A DNA stretch of 64,000 nucleotides from Eledone cirrhosa (taxonomy: Eukaryota): positions 275,094,001 through 275,158,000 of the forward strand of contig OZ024741.1 of the NCBI GenBank assembly GCA_964016885.1. Direction: 5' to 3'. The notes beneath the pieces were generated by a model that saw nothing but the letters and a program-made list of their open reading frames with translations, had not been told where the DNA came from and ran no database searches. The position numbers and the translations under genes were made by a program. Each line of letters begins with the position of its first letter. Within the stretch, counting starts at the first letter, position 1. This document shows positions 42,241 through 56,279 of the stretch, one piece after another.

Positions 42241-42832
42241 CCACTACTACACCACCATGACTACCACCACTATAATACCACTCCACTACCACTACTCCAC
42301 CATCACCATCACCACTACCACTACTCCACCATCACCATCACCACTCCACTACCACTACACCACCACCATGACTACCACAACTACTCCACCATCACCATGA
42401 CTACTCCACCACCACCATCACTATCACTACTAGGCCACCACCACTACTCCACCATCACCATCACAACCACCGCCACCAACATCACCAAACCCTCACCCAC
42501 CACCATCAGTAACAAGCCTCCGCCGCCACGACCACGCCACCGCCACTAATATTCCCTCCCACCCTTTCTACATAATGACCCTGTCTAGCCTCCCTCCTAC
42601 CACCAGCAATCCACAAATCCTTATCTCTAGCGCCACTAATGTACCCCCCCCCCCCCGTCCAACACAGCTACTCCCCACCACCACCACCACTACCATCCAC
42701 CATAAGTGACATTAGTGTCAATCCAGTTTGTTAGGAAACCGTATCTCCCTGTTTCTGTCCCCCTTCACCCCAGGCCCCAGCCCCCACCTCTCTCCACACC
42801 ACATTGGTCACCATCTGACACTAATGACCCAC

Positions 42833-42898
<66 letters not shown>

Positions 42899-42903
<5 letters not shown>

Positions 42904-43101
42904 AACCAGTAGGACCCCGACGGCTGAGCTCAATCCGTTTCGACGGCTAATTCTGGACTCACTACAGTCCAGAATTAGCCGTCGAAACGGCTTGAGCTCA
43001 GCCGTCGGGGTCCTACTCGTTCCTATTACCCACTCTACTACCCTAAGTATTGAGTACTTTGGTGCGTTATGGTCCACCTGGTTCCTTACCACATTTCCTT
43101 C

Positions 43102-43102
<1 letters not shown>
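42899..43102 (+). mobile_element. GAAACGGC family copy 6 (palindromic head)
   Basis: ~60-bp arms around CACTAC loop, then tail to (TA)n. Confidence 0.85.
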
Positions 43103-43141
<39 letters not shown>

Positions 43142-43161
43142 TGAATATATATACATATATG

Positions 43162-43193
<32 letters not shown>

Positions 43194-43231
43194 AATATAT
43201 ATATACATATATAAATATATATACATATATG

Positions 43232-43263
<32 letters not shown>

Positions 43264-43377
43264 AATATATATATACATATATAAATATATATATATATAT
43301 ATAATATATATAAATATATGTATTATATATATAAATATATATATATATATAAATATAAATATATATATAAATATATA

Positions 43378-43484
<107 letters not shown>

Positions 43485-43736
43485 TATATATATAAATATA
43501 TATATATATAAGCTGTGTAAACTTAATGTTATTACTCTAAGGTAAAATACCTTATTGAGTGCTTAGCTGCACATTCCGATTGCACTCGTTAGCATAGCTG
43601 CAGCCAGAGCTTCGATTATGCTGAACTTCCAATTGTGTATATAAAGTCTACCCTTTATTACCCATTCTGTATTGACCGTAAAACTACGTGATAATTTTCC
43701 CTTTCGGAAATTTACCCGAACAAGAGGCCGACCGCC

Positions 43737-43957
43737 GAAGAAACAACACCACGCCATCGACCGGCCCCTTATGTGAAGAAAAGAAAATCTTTTTCGATGA
43801 AATTATTGTTTTCTTTCAAATTTAAACGTTTTTCTTGGAACTTTCAATGTTTTCAAGTTTTTATAGGTTTTGCCGTCTGAAGAGCTCAGGCTATCATAAC
43901 TGATAGTCCTCAGTGAAATATGTATAACGGAGTTTTAAATAAACCTGAATCAACTGA
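43737..43957 (+). mobile_element. PLE-like terminal fragment with hammerhead at 43873-43930
   Basis: CCGT-CTGAAGA-GCTCAGGCTATCA taac TGATAGTCCTCAGT-GAAA-TATGTA-TA|ACGG. Confidence 0.8.
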
Positions 43958-43977
43958 TTATGACCTCCGATCTTTTA

Positions 43978-44163
43978 ATAATTGTTTCTACTCTTTAGCA
44001 CAAGGCCAGCAAATCACCAGTGCATTACTGGTACTTTATTTTATCGACCTCGTAAGGATGAAAGGCAAAGTTAACCTCGGCGGTATTTTAATTCAGAATA
44101 GCAAGGGCCATAACTCTATGCGTCAAAGCATGGCGTCCGACCCCCTACTGATACTGCCAATCC
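43978..44163 (-). mobile_element. SINE copy
   Basis: rc core and head. Confidence 0.9.
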
Positions 44164-44164
44164 C

Positions 44165-44206
<42 letters not shown>

Positions 44207-44714
44207 AAAAATGCGTGTGTATACACACTGCCTCTCAGCATAGGTGAAAGAATCACGATAAATTATTAATTAACAAAGAAACCAATCGGTTATCTTTTTA
44301 ATCCTCGACCAAATATACCCCATTCCGGAATCCCCTCGTGGGACCAAATTTCCCAACGATACTAGCTAGATTAACACGAGTATATCTCTGTACATTTATT
44401 GAAATTGTTTTATTTTTATTTTTTAGCCTCGATCATGTATAAACTTCTGATCACAAGCCTTTCCCTACCATGACCATCCTGTTTGTTTTTATATCTAATA
44501 CTAGATTATTCAATGGGGTCTTTCTTTAGTTTAGGTTGTACTTCTTAAATTGGGGACCAGGCCATTGTCATAAAACAGAAAATGACCCCTAATGAGAGCC
44601 CTATATATAAACATAGTCTTACCTTTCTCTATTCTAAATTTGATTATTTTTTCTCTCATATTGCAGTCATATAGAATTTCTCTACATTGACCCGTTCATT
44701 AATCATATCTAATT

Positions 44715-45635
44715 TGAGCACAAGGCCAGCAAATTTGGGAGAAGGCTAAGCAGATTAAATCAACCCCAGTACATGACTGGTATTTTATCAAACCAGAAAG
44801 AATGAAAAAAGGCAAAGTTGACCTCGACGGGATTTGAACTCAGAACGTAAAGAACCAGAGAACAAATGCCACAATGTCATTTTATCTGACGCTCTACCAG
44901 TTCTGCCAATCTACAACCCCTTAATGGTTTCTAATTAAGCACAAAGCAACTTTTCTTTTTTTTTTTGAGGGGTTGGTATAGAGCTAAGTTGATTAAATCA
45001 ATCTCAGTATTTGACTGGTACTTTGGTACTTTATCGACCCCGGATCGATGAAAATAGGGCAAAGTGAACCTCGATTAGATTTAAACTAAAGAACCAGAGA
45101 ACAAATACCGCAATGTCATTTTATCCGATGCTCTACCGATTCTGCCAATCCACTTTCACCCACACACCCTTTAGCTTACCTTGGTTTCTCATTTAGGCAC
45201 AAGGCCAACAATTCTTTGGGGGGAAGGGGACAGTCGATTAAATTTACCCCAGCGCATTACTGGTACTTCATTTGATCGACCCCGTAACGATGAAAGACAA
45301 AGCTAACTTCGGCAAGATTTTAACTCAGATCATAAAGGGCCGAAACCATATGCCATAAAGTATGATGTCCGACGCTCTACTGATTGTCAATCCACCACCT
45401 TGGTTTGCTCAATTATTGGTTTATCAATTAGGCACAAGGCCAACAATTTGGGGGGAAAAGGAAAGTCGATTGAACCGACACCCGTGCATCACTGGTACTT
45501 TATTTTATCGACCCCGTAATGATGAATGACAAAGCAAACTTCGGCAAGATTTGAACTCAGATCGTAAAGGGACGTAACCCTATGCTATAAACCATGTTGT
45601 CCGACACTCTACCGATTCTTCTAATCCACCGCCCT
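44715..45635 (-). mobile_element. Four tandem diverged SINE copies
   Basis: Repeated rc core and head about every 230 bp. Confidence 0.85.
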
Positions 45636-46196
45636 GTGACTTGCTCAATTATTGAAAGCTATTTTATAATAAAGTGCATCTGGTTAAAATAACAAACGAT
45701 ATTCACTTAACTTTTCGTCGCTTAATAAACGTTGTTATGTATCACATTTGAAGATGTTGCCTTGAAATAGTTGTAATGAGTCTGTATAAAAGGATGTAAA
45801 AATAGCTATTTATTAATCTAGAATCTTGTTTAATCTTATATACTTCATGGTTTGTGGTTTACGGTGGGGTGTGGCTTCTTTCTACTTTACTACAAGCCAC
45901 TTAGAACACGGCTGGCACAAAAGAACTTAATTGAGGATGTTGAGAAATTGTAAGGGACCGTAAAAAAAGATCCTTTGGTCCTGACGGTTACACAGGAAAT
46001 TGAAGAGTGAAAGATGTGTCTAAGTTAATAGTTAAACCCTACATTTTCATACATCTTAATTGTCTTTAATTAGACCATTAGGCTGCGGCCATGCTCGAGC
46101 ACCACCTTTGTTTAGTCGATCTAATATCGACACCTTTTCTCCCCACAGCACTTTTTTTTCAAGTGTGTATGTGTATGTATATATATATATATAATA

Positions 46197-46227
<31 letters not shown>

Positions 46228-46235
46228 ATGCCATA

Positions 46236-46453
46236 TTCAGTTGATTCAGGTTTATTTAAACCTCCGTTATACATATTTCACTGAAGACTATCAGTTATGA
46301 TAGCCTGAGCTCTTCAGACGGCAAAACCTAAAATAAACATAGAAAGTTCCTAAGAAACCTTTAAATTTGGAAAAATCTAATAATTTCCTCCCCAAAAAGA
46401 TTTCCTTGTCATGATACAGGGGGCTGGCCGAACGCGTGGTGTTGTTTCTTCGA
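46236..46453 (-). mobile_element. Inverted second copy of the 43737-43957 element; hammerhead at 46264-46321
   Basis: Reverse-complement similarity over ~220 bp. Confidence 0.8.
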
Positions 46454-46454
46454 A

Positions 46455-46625
46455 AGTAATGAGAAACAGTTTATGTTCCCATCGCAGTATCGTTCTCTTC
46501 GGAGGACCTGGTTTGCCGAATCTTGTAGTGAAGTCATGTCGCACATCCTCCATGCTCTTGCCAGAATGCACACGATCATGTGACCATACACTTGCAAGCA
46601 GCTTCTCTTCCAAACTGTAGGAGCT
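46455..46625 (-). pseudogene. Tc1/mariner transposase N-terminal HTH (DUF4817-like) fragment
   Basis: VRHDFTTRFGKPGPPKRTILRWEHKLF; matching terminus CACCCTG-TA at ~47233-47241. Confidence 0.65.
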
Positions 46626-46685
46626 CTGAAATAGAAAAATATATTATTATTATTATTATATATTATAATTAATGATATAAAGAGC

Positions 46686-47192
46686 GCCGATTGGCAGTAT
46701 CGGTAGAGGGTCGGGCGCCATGCTTTGACGTATAGAGTTACGGCCCTTGCCATTCTGAGTTCAAATCCCGCCGAGGTTAACTTTGCCTTTCATCCTGACG
46801 GGGTCGATAAAATAAAGTACCAGTAATACACTGAAATAATTTCTGGCCTTGTGCCAAAAGCAGAAACAATTATAATTAATTGTTTCTACTTTAGGTACAA
46901 GGCCAGCAATTACCCAGTGCATTACTGGTACTTTATTTTATCGACCTCGTAAGGATGAAAGGCAAAGTAAACCTCGGCGGGATTTGAACTCAGTCCGTAA
47001 AGGGACGTAACTATGCTGGAAAGCATGGCGTCCGACCCTCTACCGATACTGCCATATAATTAATGATATATTATATTATTAAAACAAAAAATAATTGTTT
47101 CTACTTTAGGCACAAGGCCAGCAAATTACACAATCCATTACTGGTACTTTATTTTATCGACCCCGTAAGGATGAAAGGCAAAGTTAACCTCG
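46686..47192. mobile_element. SINE cluster: + copy, tail-to-tail - copy, and partial - copy
   Basis: Shared flank TATAATTAAT(GATATA) near 46663, 46872, 47056. Confidence 0.9.
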
Positions 47193-47888
47193 TTAAAACA
47201 ACATGTGATAAGGAGTGACAAGACTTTCCGACCACCCTGTAGATTAGCAACATTTAATAAGCGGTCTGTGGGAGAGATAAGAGCGGGAAGGTTGAAAAAT
47301 TCTGAAAAATTAATATTGAAGACCCCAGAGTTGTTTGAAGAATAGTTTTTTAAATAGTTGTTTCCATAGGCTTATATGATTACAGTTTCATTTTTGCTCT
47401 GTTTTGTATTTGTTGGCCTTAAAAGACGAACAAATATTTCCAATCTGGCCCGCCTTCGTACGAACCCTGACATATGTTTACAAGGTTCAAAGGAAGTATT
47501 TGTCTATACATAGGGAACACAATGAAAGATCAAAGGGCTAAAAATCCGGCGGAACAATGAGAAGCAAATGTAACGTTATACATACACACATACACACGTT
47601 TATATATCTATACATATATATATATGTATAGATATATATATATAGAGAGAGAGAAAGAGAGAAAGGAGAGAGAGAAAGAGAGAAAGGAGAGAGGGAGAGG
47701 GAGAGAGAGAGAGAGAGATTTGGGCTTAAGTTTAATGTTTGATATATATATTAGAAATAGAAGCTTTCGCTGTATTTTTTTTTACTAAGAAATTTTATTC
47801 TTATAGTGGGGTTTAGAACCCACTAAGAAATGGAAAAAGATGAGTATTGACGTAATTTATATATACATATATATATGTTTAATATGTT

Positions 47889-48112
47889 TAACCCTTTAAT
47901 GTTCAAACCGGCCAAAACCGGCCAGAATTCTCTACCTCTTTTTGTTGAAACTGGCTGTAACTGGTCACTCAAACTGATGTTAAGGTATTGTTCTCAAAAT
48001 AAATACTTTCAAAATCTCATAGATTCGATATTATGTGAGATAACTATGCGAGATAAAGCCTTTACCATGAAAATATAATAGTATATATAGAGTAATGTGA
48101 ATGCTAAAGGGT

Positions 48113-48116
<4 letters not shown>
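47889..48116. mobile_element. piggyBac-like MITE
   Basis: TTAA-CCCTTTA ... TAAAGGG-TTAA. Confidence 0.65.
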
Positions 48117-48199
<83 letters not shown>

Positions 48200-48620
48200 G
48201 TGTGTGTATAGTAGGTTTGCGAAGATCGTTGATATTTATTTATCGATGTCCGGCCACGACTCACTGTCCGGCATGTTTTTTTCCCCTATTCTCCCTTACC
48301 TTTTCTACACCTCAATGTCCTTCTTTGTCTACACGTTGGACTACGGTCCTTATTCTCTTCTTTTACTATTTCTCTCCTTTCTATATTTTCCTCCTTTGGA
48401 TAAGCCCTGGCACACTCTATATTTGTGTAATTTACCTGAAGGTATTACTTTTCTCTATCTGTTTTGTTATGTCCCAATGTGCACTGGAATGAAAGGTATT
48501 AACCTTAATGAACCGAAACTGTAGTGATTTCCAGAGTTTGACTGAAGAGATGGGACTGTCCGTATTTCCGTTGTTTTTTTCCATTGACTTACTCTTGTAC
48601 ACACCCTATTTTGTATATAT

Positions 48621-48659
<39 letters not shown>

Positions 48660-48828
48660 TTGCATATGAAAAAAATGCGTGGTTGCATATGAAAAAAATA
48701 GTTCTTCATCAGTGATTTTCCAACCTTCATTGGTATTTCATCGCTTTAAAAATCATATACCTCCAGTTGGTGCGAGCAATAGCTAAATAAAGCTATTGGG
48801 AGAAGTAATATCGCGTAAAGCGAGCGAG

Positions 48829-48877
<49 letters not shown>

Positions 48878-49020
48878 ATTAGAATACTGGAGCGTGTTTG
48901 AGTCGAACACCCTCTTCGTATTATAGAAATGACAGTAAAAGGTATAGCTCAATGCAGTTAAACAGAGCCGAAAAATTAAGAGAGTAAAACAAAGAATCCT
49001 TTAAAACATCAAAAGTTTTT

Positions 49021-49066
49021 ATTAGCCGACAATGTTTCGTCCTATTAAGGACTCATCAGGGCAATC
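49021..49066 (-). ncRNA. Canonical type I hammerhead ribozyme
   Basis: rc: ATTGCC-CTGATGA-GTCCTtaatAGGAC-GAAAC-ATT-GTC|GGCTAAT; its 3' half and tail are duplicated inverted at 49198-49260. Confidence 0.9.
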
Positions 49067-49255
49067 AAAACAACAAGAGGTAATTTCGGCAGATACAAGC
49101 CAGAAACTCTGAAGAATATGGAGTTTACATACACTAATGTCTTACAAAGATATACTATAATAAAAATGAAGATAAAAATAATAAAATTATAATGACTAAA
49201 CATTGTCGGCTAATAAAAACTTTTGATGTTTTAAAGGATTCTTTGTTTTACTCTC

Positions 49256-49405
<150 letters not shown>

Positions 49406-49536
49406 TAACAGATTAAAGTTTAAGCAAAGAATCGCTGATTTCACCCTTAACGGGATCTTCTGAAGATCTGTTACAGATCGAACCCGACTCTGCATTCGAA
49501 GGTTCCTCAGATATGTCTTGTGGATTCAAAGTATTC

Positions 49537-49625
<89 letters not shown>

Positions 49626-49811
49626 GAAGCGTCTTATTGCAATCACTTTGGGTTGGAACCTTTTAGATAACAATAAGCGACTGATATCGTTAAGGAGAAG
49701 ATATAACATGATCTTGAGCATTTTGGGGATCCACTTCTTATTTTGGTAATTATAAGCGTTTGGTAACATTATCCGTGACTATAATAAAAGGCTTCTTGTA
49801 TATATAAGTAC

Positions 49812-49842
<31 letters not shown>

Positions 49843-49846
49843 CATT

Positions 49847-49884
<38 letters not shown>

Positions 49885-49889
49885 CATTT

Positions 49890-50157
<268 letters not shown>

Positions 50158-50315
50158 AGGAAAAGCGAAGTAGTTTCAGATGTTCGCTTTTCCTTATTCT
50201 ATATTTACTCCGTCACTCCTATGTGGAATAAGTACGTTGAGTGCTTGATTTGATTGCATCAATATTTACCCTAAGTATATATATATTATATATATATATA
50301 TATAACAGAGTTGTT

Positions 50316-50373
<58 letters not shown>

Positions 50374-50841
50374 ATTAGCTGTGTATATATGATATATATA
50401 TACACAGACATTTGTATTTCTACCTTCCAGTATCTCAAGTGCCTTTCCTGATTCTCCCCTCCCCACCTCTAATCATCTCCTTCCATTTGACACACGACCC
50501 AGTTAGGAAGTGTCAAGAAAGCAATAAATAAGATAGCTTATAGTTATAAATTGTCTGTGACTAACGCGACCACTGGTTACAATGAACTCCTGACGCATTA
50601 ACACTGCCACTGGTTACAATAAAACATGGACAGATTAATCTTTCGGATTGCTTACAAATGATACTGTTTGTTGTTAGAACATGTAAACGGCAATTGGTCA
50701 GGTGGAGGCAGCGGTACTATAACAGCGAAGCGGTTACATTGATGTAATATCGTATTGTTAACGATGCACTGGCTACAGAAAGAGAGAGAGAAGTCGACTT
50801 TTCTACATATAGATATAGATACACAAAGTATATACACACAG

Positions 50842-50890
<49 letters not shown>

Positions 50891-50946
50891 TATATACAAA
50901 TACAGACAGACACACAGACACACACACACACACACATATATATATA

Positions 50947-51075
50947 TTAGCCGTCGAAACGGCTTGAGCTCAGCCGTCGGGGTCCTACTCGTTCCTATCA
51001 CCCACTCTACTACCCTAAGTATTGAGTACTTTGGTGCGTTATGGTCCATCTGGTTCCTTACCACATTTCCTTCGT
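50947..51075 (+). mobile_element. GAAACGGC family copy 7 (truncated inside stem II, no fold-back)
   Basis: (TA)n-TTAGCCGTCGAAACGGCTTGAGCTCAGCCGTCGGGG..tail-(TA)n. Confidence 0.85.
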
Positions 51076-51335
51076 TATATATATATACGGCAATGTACGG
51101 CATGTAAGGCAACACTCATCTTTTTCCATTTCTCCGAGGGTTATAAACCCCACTATCAGGCTAGAAATTTCTTTAGTCTAAAATACGGTGAAAGCTTATA
51201 ATTTCTAATTTCTAATTTCAAATTGTTTACGTTTATAATTTGCTTATATATATATATATATATATAGGAGTGAAGAGTGCTCTATGTAAGTTACAGAGCT
51301 AAATTTAATGTATAATAAACAATACAATATAATTA

Positions 51336-51403
51336 CCTCATTACCAGAGGTTTCCCGAATAAGACGAATACAAGAAACGTCTGCATTCGTTCGTCAGACA
51401 AGG
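51336..51403 (-). ncRNA. Hammerhead motif within a ~200-bp fold-back palindrome (51306-51507)
   Basis: rc: CCTTGT-CTGACGA-aCGAATgcAGACG..CGTCTtATTCGg-GAAA-CCtctGG-TA|ATGAGG; mirror copy at 51410-51477 has CCGACGA. Confidence 0.75.
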
Positions 51404-51540
51404 AAATTGCCTTGTCCGACGAACGAATGCGGACGTTTCTTGTATTCGTCTTATCCGGGAAATCTCTGGTAATGAGGTAATTATATTGTATTGTTTATTA
51501 TACATTATATATATATATAGATAGATAGGTAGATAGATAG

Positions 51541-51935
51541 ATATGTTTCTTTATTAGCCACAGGGGCACAAAAGAAGGGGACAAATACAAAGGGGGAAGT
51601 TTACATACAATAAAAACGTGTAAAATGATATCACAAATGCAATTAAAAAAATTAGTCGATTTTCCCCAATAGGGGGAGACAGTTCATATGGGTAACACAT
51701 ACCCCGGAAAAAATGTGCAACCCTCATCTCCAGGAGTACGAAGAGTTTGTACCCCTTTCCTCTCTTCCTCTTTTTCCTCAACCTACAGGCTGATATAGAG
51801 AGAAGGCCCATTCACTCGGGCCATTCTCGCCACTTTCACCCACCTTTCATAAAACTTGCTGGGGTACAGCACCTCTCTCTCCATCCTGATTCTTCTTCCA
51901 AAGTGGTATTTGAAAAAAAGAATGAGTTGGTAATA
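51541..51935 (-). mobile_element. Tx1/L1-clade LINE 3' end in (GATA)n
   Basis: FFKYHFGRRIRMEREVL..WVKVARMARV; 3' UTR matches 32536-32730. Confidence 0.88.
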
Positions 51936-51952
51936 AATAGATAGATACATAG

Positions 51953-51991
<39 letters not shown>

Positions 51992-52131
51992 CAAATACAC
52001 AATATACAAATACACACATACATATATAGATTATCATTGTCATCGTCATCAACATCTCAACCAATGTTCCGATCAAGTTAGAGGAACTATCTTTCACATC
52101 AGATCCATTGCAATCACAGTATACATCTTAA

Positions 52132-52316
52132 TTGTTTCTACGTTAGGCACAAGGCCAGCAATCACCCAGTGCATTACTGGTACTTTATTTTATCGACCCC
52201 GTAAGGATGAAAGGCAAAGTCAACCTCAGCGGGATTTCAACTCAGATCGTAAAGGGACGTAACTATGCCGGAAAGCATGGCGTCCGACCCTCTACCGATA
52301 CTGCCAATCCACCGCC
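52132..52316 (-). mobile_element. Full SINE with 21-bp TSD
   Basis: CAATCACAGTATACATCTTAA at 52111-52131 and 52317-52337. Confidence 0.92.
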
Positions 52317-52612
52317 CAATCACAGTATACATCTTAATAAATATATATATGTAGTGGTATATAGACTGTATATTTAGACTGTATGTATAAATATATATTT
52401 GAATAGAAGAAAATGTGTGTATATATGTATACACCTTCACACAGACATGTATACATCTTCATACACACACACTCACACACACACATACACTCACACACAC
52501 AGGCACATATATACACCCCTTCTCACACACACATACGCACATACATACACATATATATTTATATATGTGTGTGTGTGTATGTGTGTATGTGTATATATAT
52601 GTATATATGCGC

Positions 52613-52670
<58 letters not shown>

Positions 52671-52781
52671 ATGTGTGTATATATATATATATGTGTGTGT
52701 GTATGTGTGTATATATATATATGCGTGTGTGTGTGTGTATGTGTATATATATGTATATATGCGTGTGTGTGTGTATGTATA

Positions 52782-52842
<61 letters not shown>

Positions 52843-52949
52843 ATGTGTGTATGCAAACACTTCTATAGACATGCACATAGTTTTAAATTCTTTAACATAT
52901 GGATTCTCTAAACGCATACACACATACACATATATATATATATATATGT

Positions 52950-52994
<45 letters not shown>

Positions 52995-53540
52995 GAAACA
53001 GACAGGCATACAGACTCTCTTTGATCTTTGTCTCGGACACAGTAGACAAAGATTCTTGTATAAACCTTAAACAAGCCCTTAAACACACACAACCACTACT
53101 ACATATACATATATATATACACACACACAACCACTACTACATATAGATATATATATATACACACACACAACCACTACTACATATACATATATATATATAT
53201 ACACACACACAACCACTACTACATATACATATATATATATATATACACACACACAACCACTACGACATATACATATATATATATACACACACACAACCAC
53301 TACGACATATACATATATATATAAACATTTATATATATATATATACACACACACATTTATATATAGATATACATACACACACATATACATCTCTCTCTCT
53401 CTCTCACTCTCTCTCTCTATATATATATACACACATTCACACACATATATCCCTCTTTCTCGCTTTCTCTCTCTCTATATATATATACTCACACACATTT
53501 TTATATACACACACACACATTTATATATATATATATATAT

Positions 53541-53586
<46 letters not shown>

Positions 53587-53641
53587 ATATATATATATAC
53601 ACACATTTATATATATTTATATACACTCACACACACACATT

Positions 53642-53681
<40 letters not shown>

Positions 53682-53819
53682 CACACATTTATATATATAT
53701 ATGTATATATATATATATACACACACACATTTCCACAGATCTTAAGTGAAAATTCCAACTTTTCCCACCCACTTCCTCACCCCTTTTAACTTGTTTGGTT
53801 TTGGGGTCCTTTGTTGACT

Positions 53820-56195
53820 TTAGTGGTGGTGGTGGTGGTAGTGGTGTTGGTAGTGGTGGTGGTGGTGGTGTTGGTAGTGGTAGTGGTGGTGTTGGTGTTG
53901 GTGTTGGTAGTGGTGGTGTTGGTGTTGGTAGTGGTGGTGGTGGTGCCTGTGGTGGTGTTGATGTTGGTAGTGGTGGTGGTGGTGTTGGTGTTGGTAGTGG
54001 TAGTGGTGGTGTTGGTAATGGTAGTAGTGGTGGTGGTGGTGGTAGTGGTGGTGGTGGTGGTGGTGTTGGTGTTGGTAGTGGTGGAGGTGGTGGTGGTGGT
54101 GGTGGTAGTGGTGATGGTGGTGGTGGAGTTGGTGTTGGTAGTGGTGGTGATGGTGGTGCTGGTAGTGGTGGTGGTAGTGGTAGTGTTGGTGTTGGTAGTG
54201 GTGGTGGTGGTGGTTGTGGTGGTGTTGATGTTGGTAGTGGTGGTGGTGGTGGTGGTGCTGGTAGTGGTGGTGGTAGTGGTAGTGGTAGTGGTGGTGTTGG
54301 TAGTGGTAGTGGTGGTGCTGGTAGTGGTGTTGGTAGTCGTGGTGTTGGTAGTGGTGGTGGTGGTGGTGGTGCTGGTGCTGGTAGTGGTAGTGGTTGGTGT
54401 TGGTGTTGGTAGTGGTGCTAGTAGTGGTAGTGGTGGTGTTGATGTTGGTAGTGGTGGTGGTGCTGTGCTGGTAGTCGTGGTGCTGGTGGTGGTGGTGTTG
54501 GTAGTGGTGGTGGTGGTGGTGGTGCTGGTAGTGGTAGTGATGGTGTTGGTAGTGGTGGTCTTGATGTTGGTAGTGGTGGTGGTGCTGGTGGTGGTGCTGG
54601 TAGTGGTGGTGGTAGTGGTGGTGGTGGTGGTGGCGGTGGTGGTGGTAGTGGTGGTGGTGCTGGTGCTGGTAGTGGTGGTGGTGGTGGTGTTGGTAGTGGT
54701 GGTGGTAGTGGTGGTGGTGGTGGTGGCGGTGGTGGTGGTGGTGTTGGTAGTGGTGGTGGTGGTGGTGCTGGTAGTGGTGGTGGTGGTGGTGTTGGTAGTG
54801 GTGGTGGTGGTGGTGCTGGTAGTGGTGGTGGTGGTGGTGGTGGTGTTGGTAGTGGTGGTGGTGTGGTGCTGCTGGTGGTGCTGGTAGTGGTGGTGGTGGT
54901 GTTGGTAGTGGTGGTGTTGGTGTTGGTGGTGGTGGTGTTGGTAGTAGTGGTGGTGACGGTATTAGTGGTGTTGGTAGTAGTGGTGGTGATGGTAGCTATG
55001 GTGGTTGTGGTGGTGGTAGGTTAGTGCTGATGGCGTTGTTGGTTGTAGTGGTGGTGATGGTGGTTTTGGTGGCAGTGGTAGTTATGATTGTGGTAGTAGT
55101 GGAGGTAGTAGCTGTGGTAGTAGGGGTGGCGTCGACAGTGATATGATGTGATGGTGGTGGTAGTGATGATGATGATGATGATGATGATGATAGTGTTGAT
55201 GCTGATGGTGATGGTAGTGATGATGATAGTCGCTGTAGTGGTTGTGGGATGATGGTAGTGCTGGTGGTGGTGGTGATGGTGGTAGTAGGGTTGTAGTGGT
55301 AGTGGTAGTGGTGGTGGTAGTTGAGATGGTGATGATGGTGTTGGTGGTAGTGGTGGAGATGATGGTGGTGATGCTGGTAGCGGTGTTAGTGGTGGTGGTG
55401 GTGGTGATAGTAGTGGGGGTGTTGGTGGTAGTGGTGTTAGTGGTGGTATGATAGTGGTGATGATGGTAGTGCTGGTGGTGGTGGTGGTGGTGATAGTGGT
55501 GTTAGTGGTGATGATGGTGGAGCTGATAGTGCTGCTGTTGATGATGGTAGTGGTGGTAGTGGTGGTGGTGTATTGTACCCCGTGTACAACGATGTATTGG
55601 GGGGTGGAGGAGTGGATGGATAAGTTGACAGGATGACTGAGGAGGAGACAATGTGATTAGATTGAGAGAGGAGTAAGGGGAGGGGTGCGATGGAGGAGTG
55701 AGAGGTGCAGGAGGGGGAGGGTAATTTAAAAGTCTTTACTGTGAAGGGGAGGGAATGTCTATAGGACACACCTCCTCCTACTCCTCCAGACACTGCTACG
55801 TTAATCACCACCACCGCTATCGCCACCACTACTATCACCACCACTACCACCACCACTACTATCACCACTATCACCACCACCGCTATCGCCTCCACTACTA
55901 TCACCACCACCACCACCACCACTACTATCACTATCACCACCACCACCAATACTATCACTATCACCACCATCACTACTATCACCACCACCACCATCACCAC
56001 TATCACCACCGCCACCAAAATCACTATCACCACCACCACTACTATCACTATCACCACTACCACTACCACCACCACTATTACCACCACCACTATCACCACC
56101 ACCACCACCACCACCATCCTCTTCCACTAACAACCCCACCACCACCACTACTACCACCACCACCACCACCACCACCACTACCGCCATCACCAACC
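53820..56195. repeat. (GGT)n tract followed by inverted (ACC)n tract
   Basis: Direct reading; orientation switch across 55570-55800. Confidence 0.9.
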
Positions 56196-56279
56196 ATCAA
56201 TCAGTCAGTCCCTCCTTCAGCTCCTTAACTGTCAACAAGTGATCCTTCGGATTTAGTTCTGTTCTTTTAACACTGTTAT

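Noticed and set aside
49425-49515. Hammerhead with extended stem II on - strand (CTGAGGA-ACCTT...AAGGGT-GAAA)
   Set aside because: Stem I does not pair convincingly; left as an unconfirmed degenerate candidate.
53795-54887. Glycine-rich or valine-rich protein ORFs
   Set aside because: (GGT)n low complexity with frameshifts and no splice or start context.
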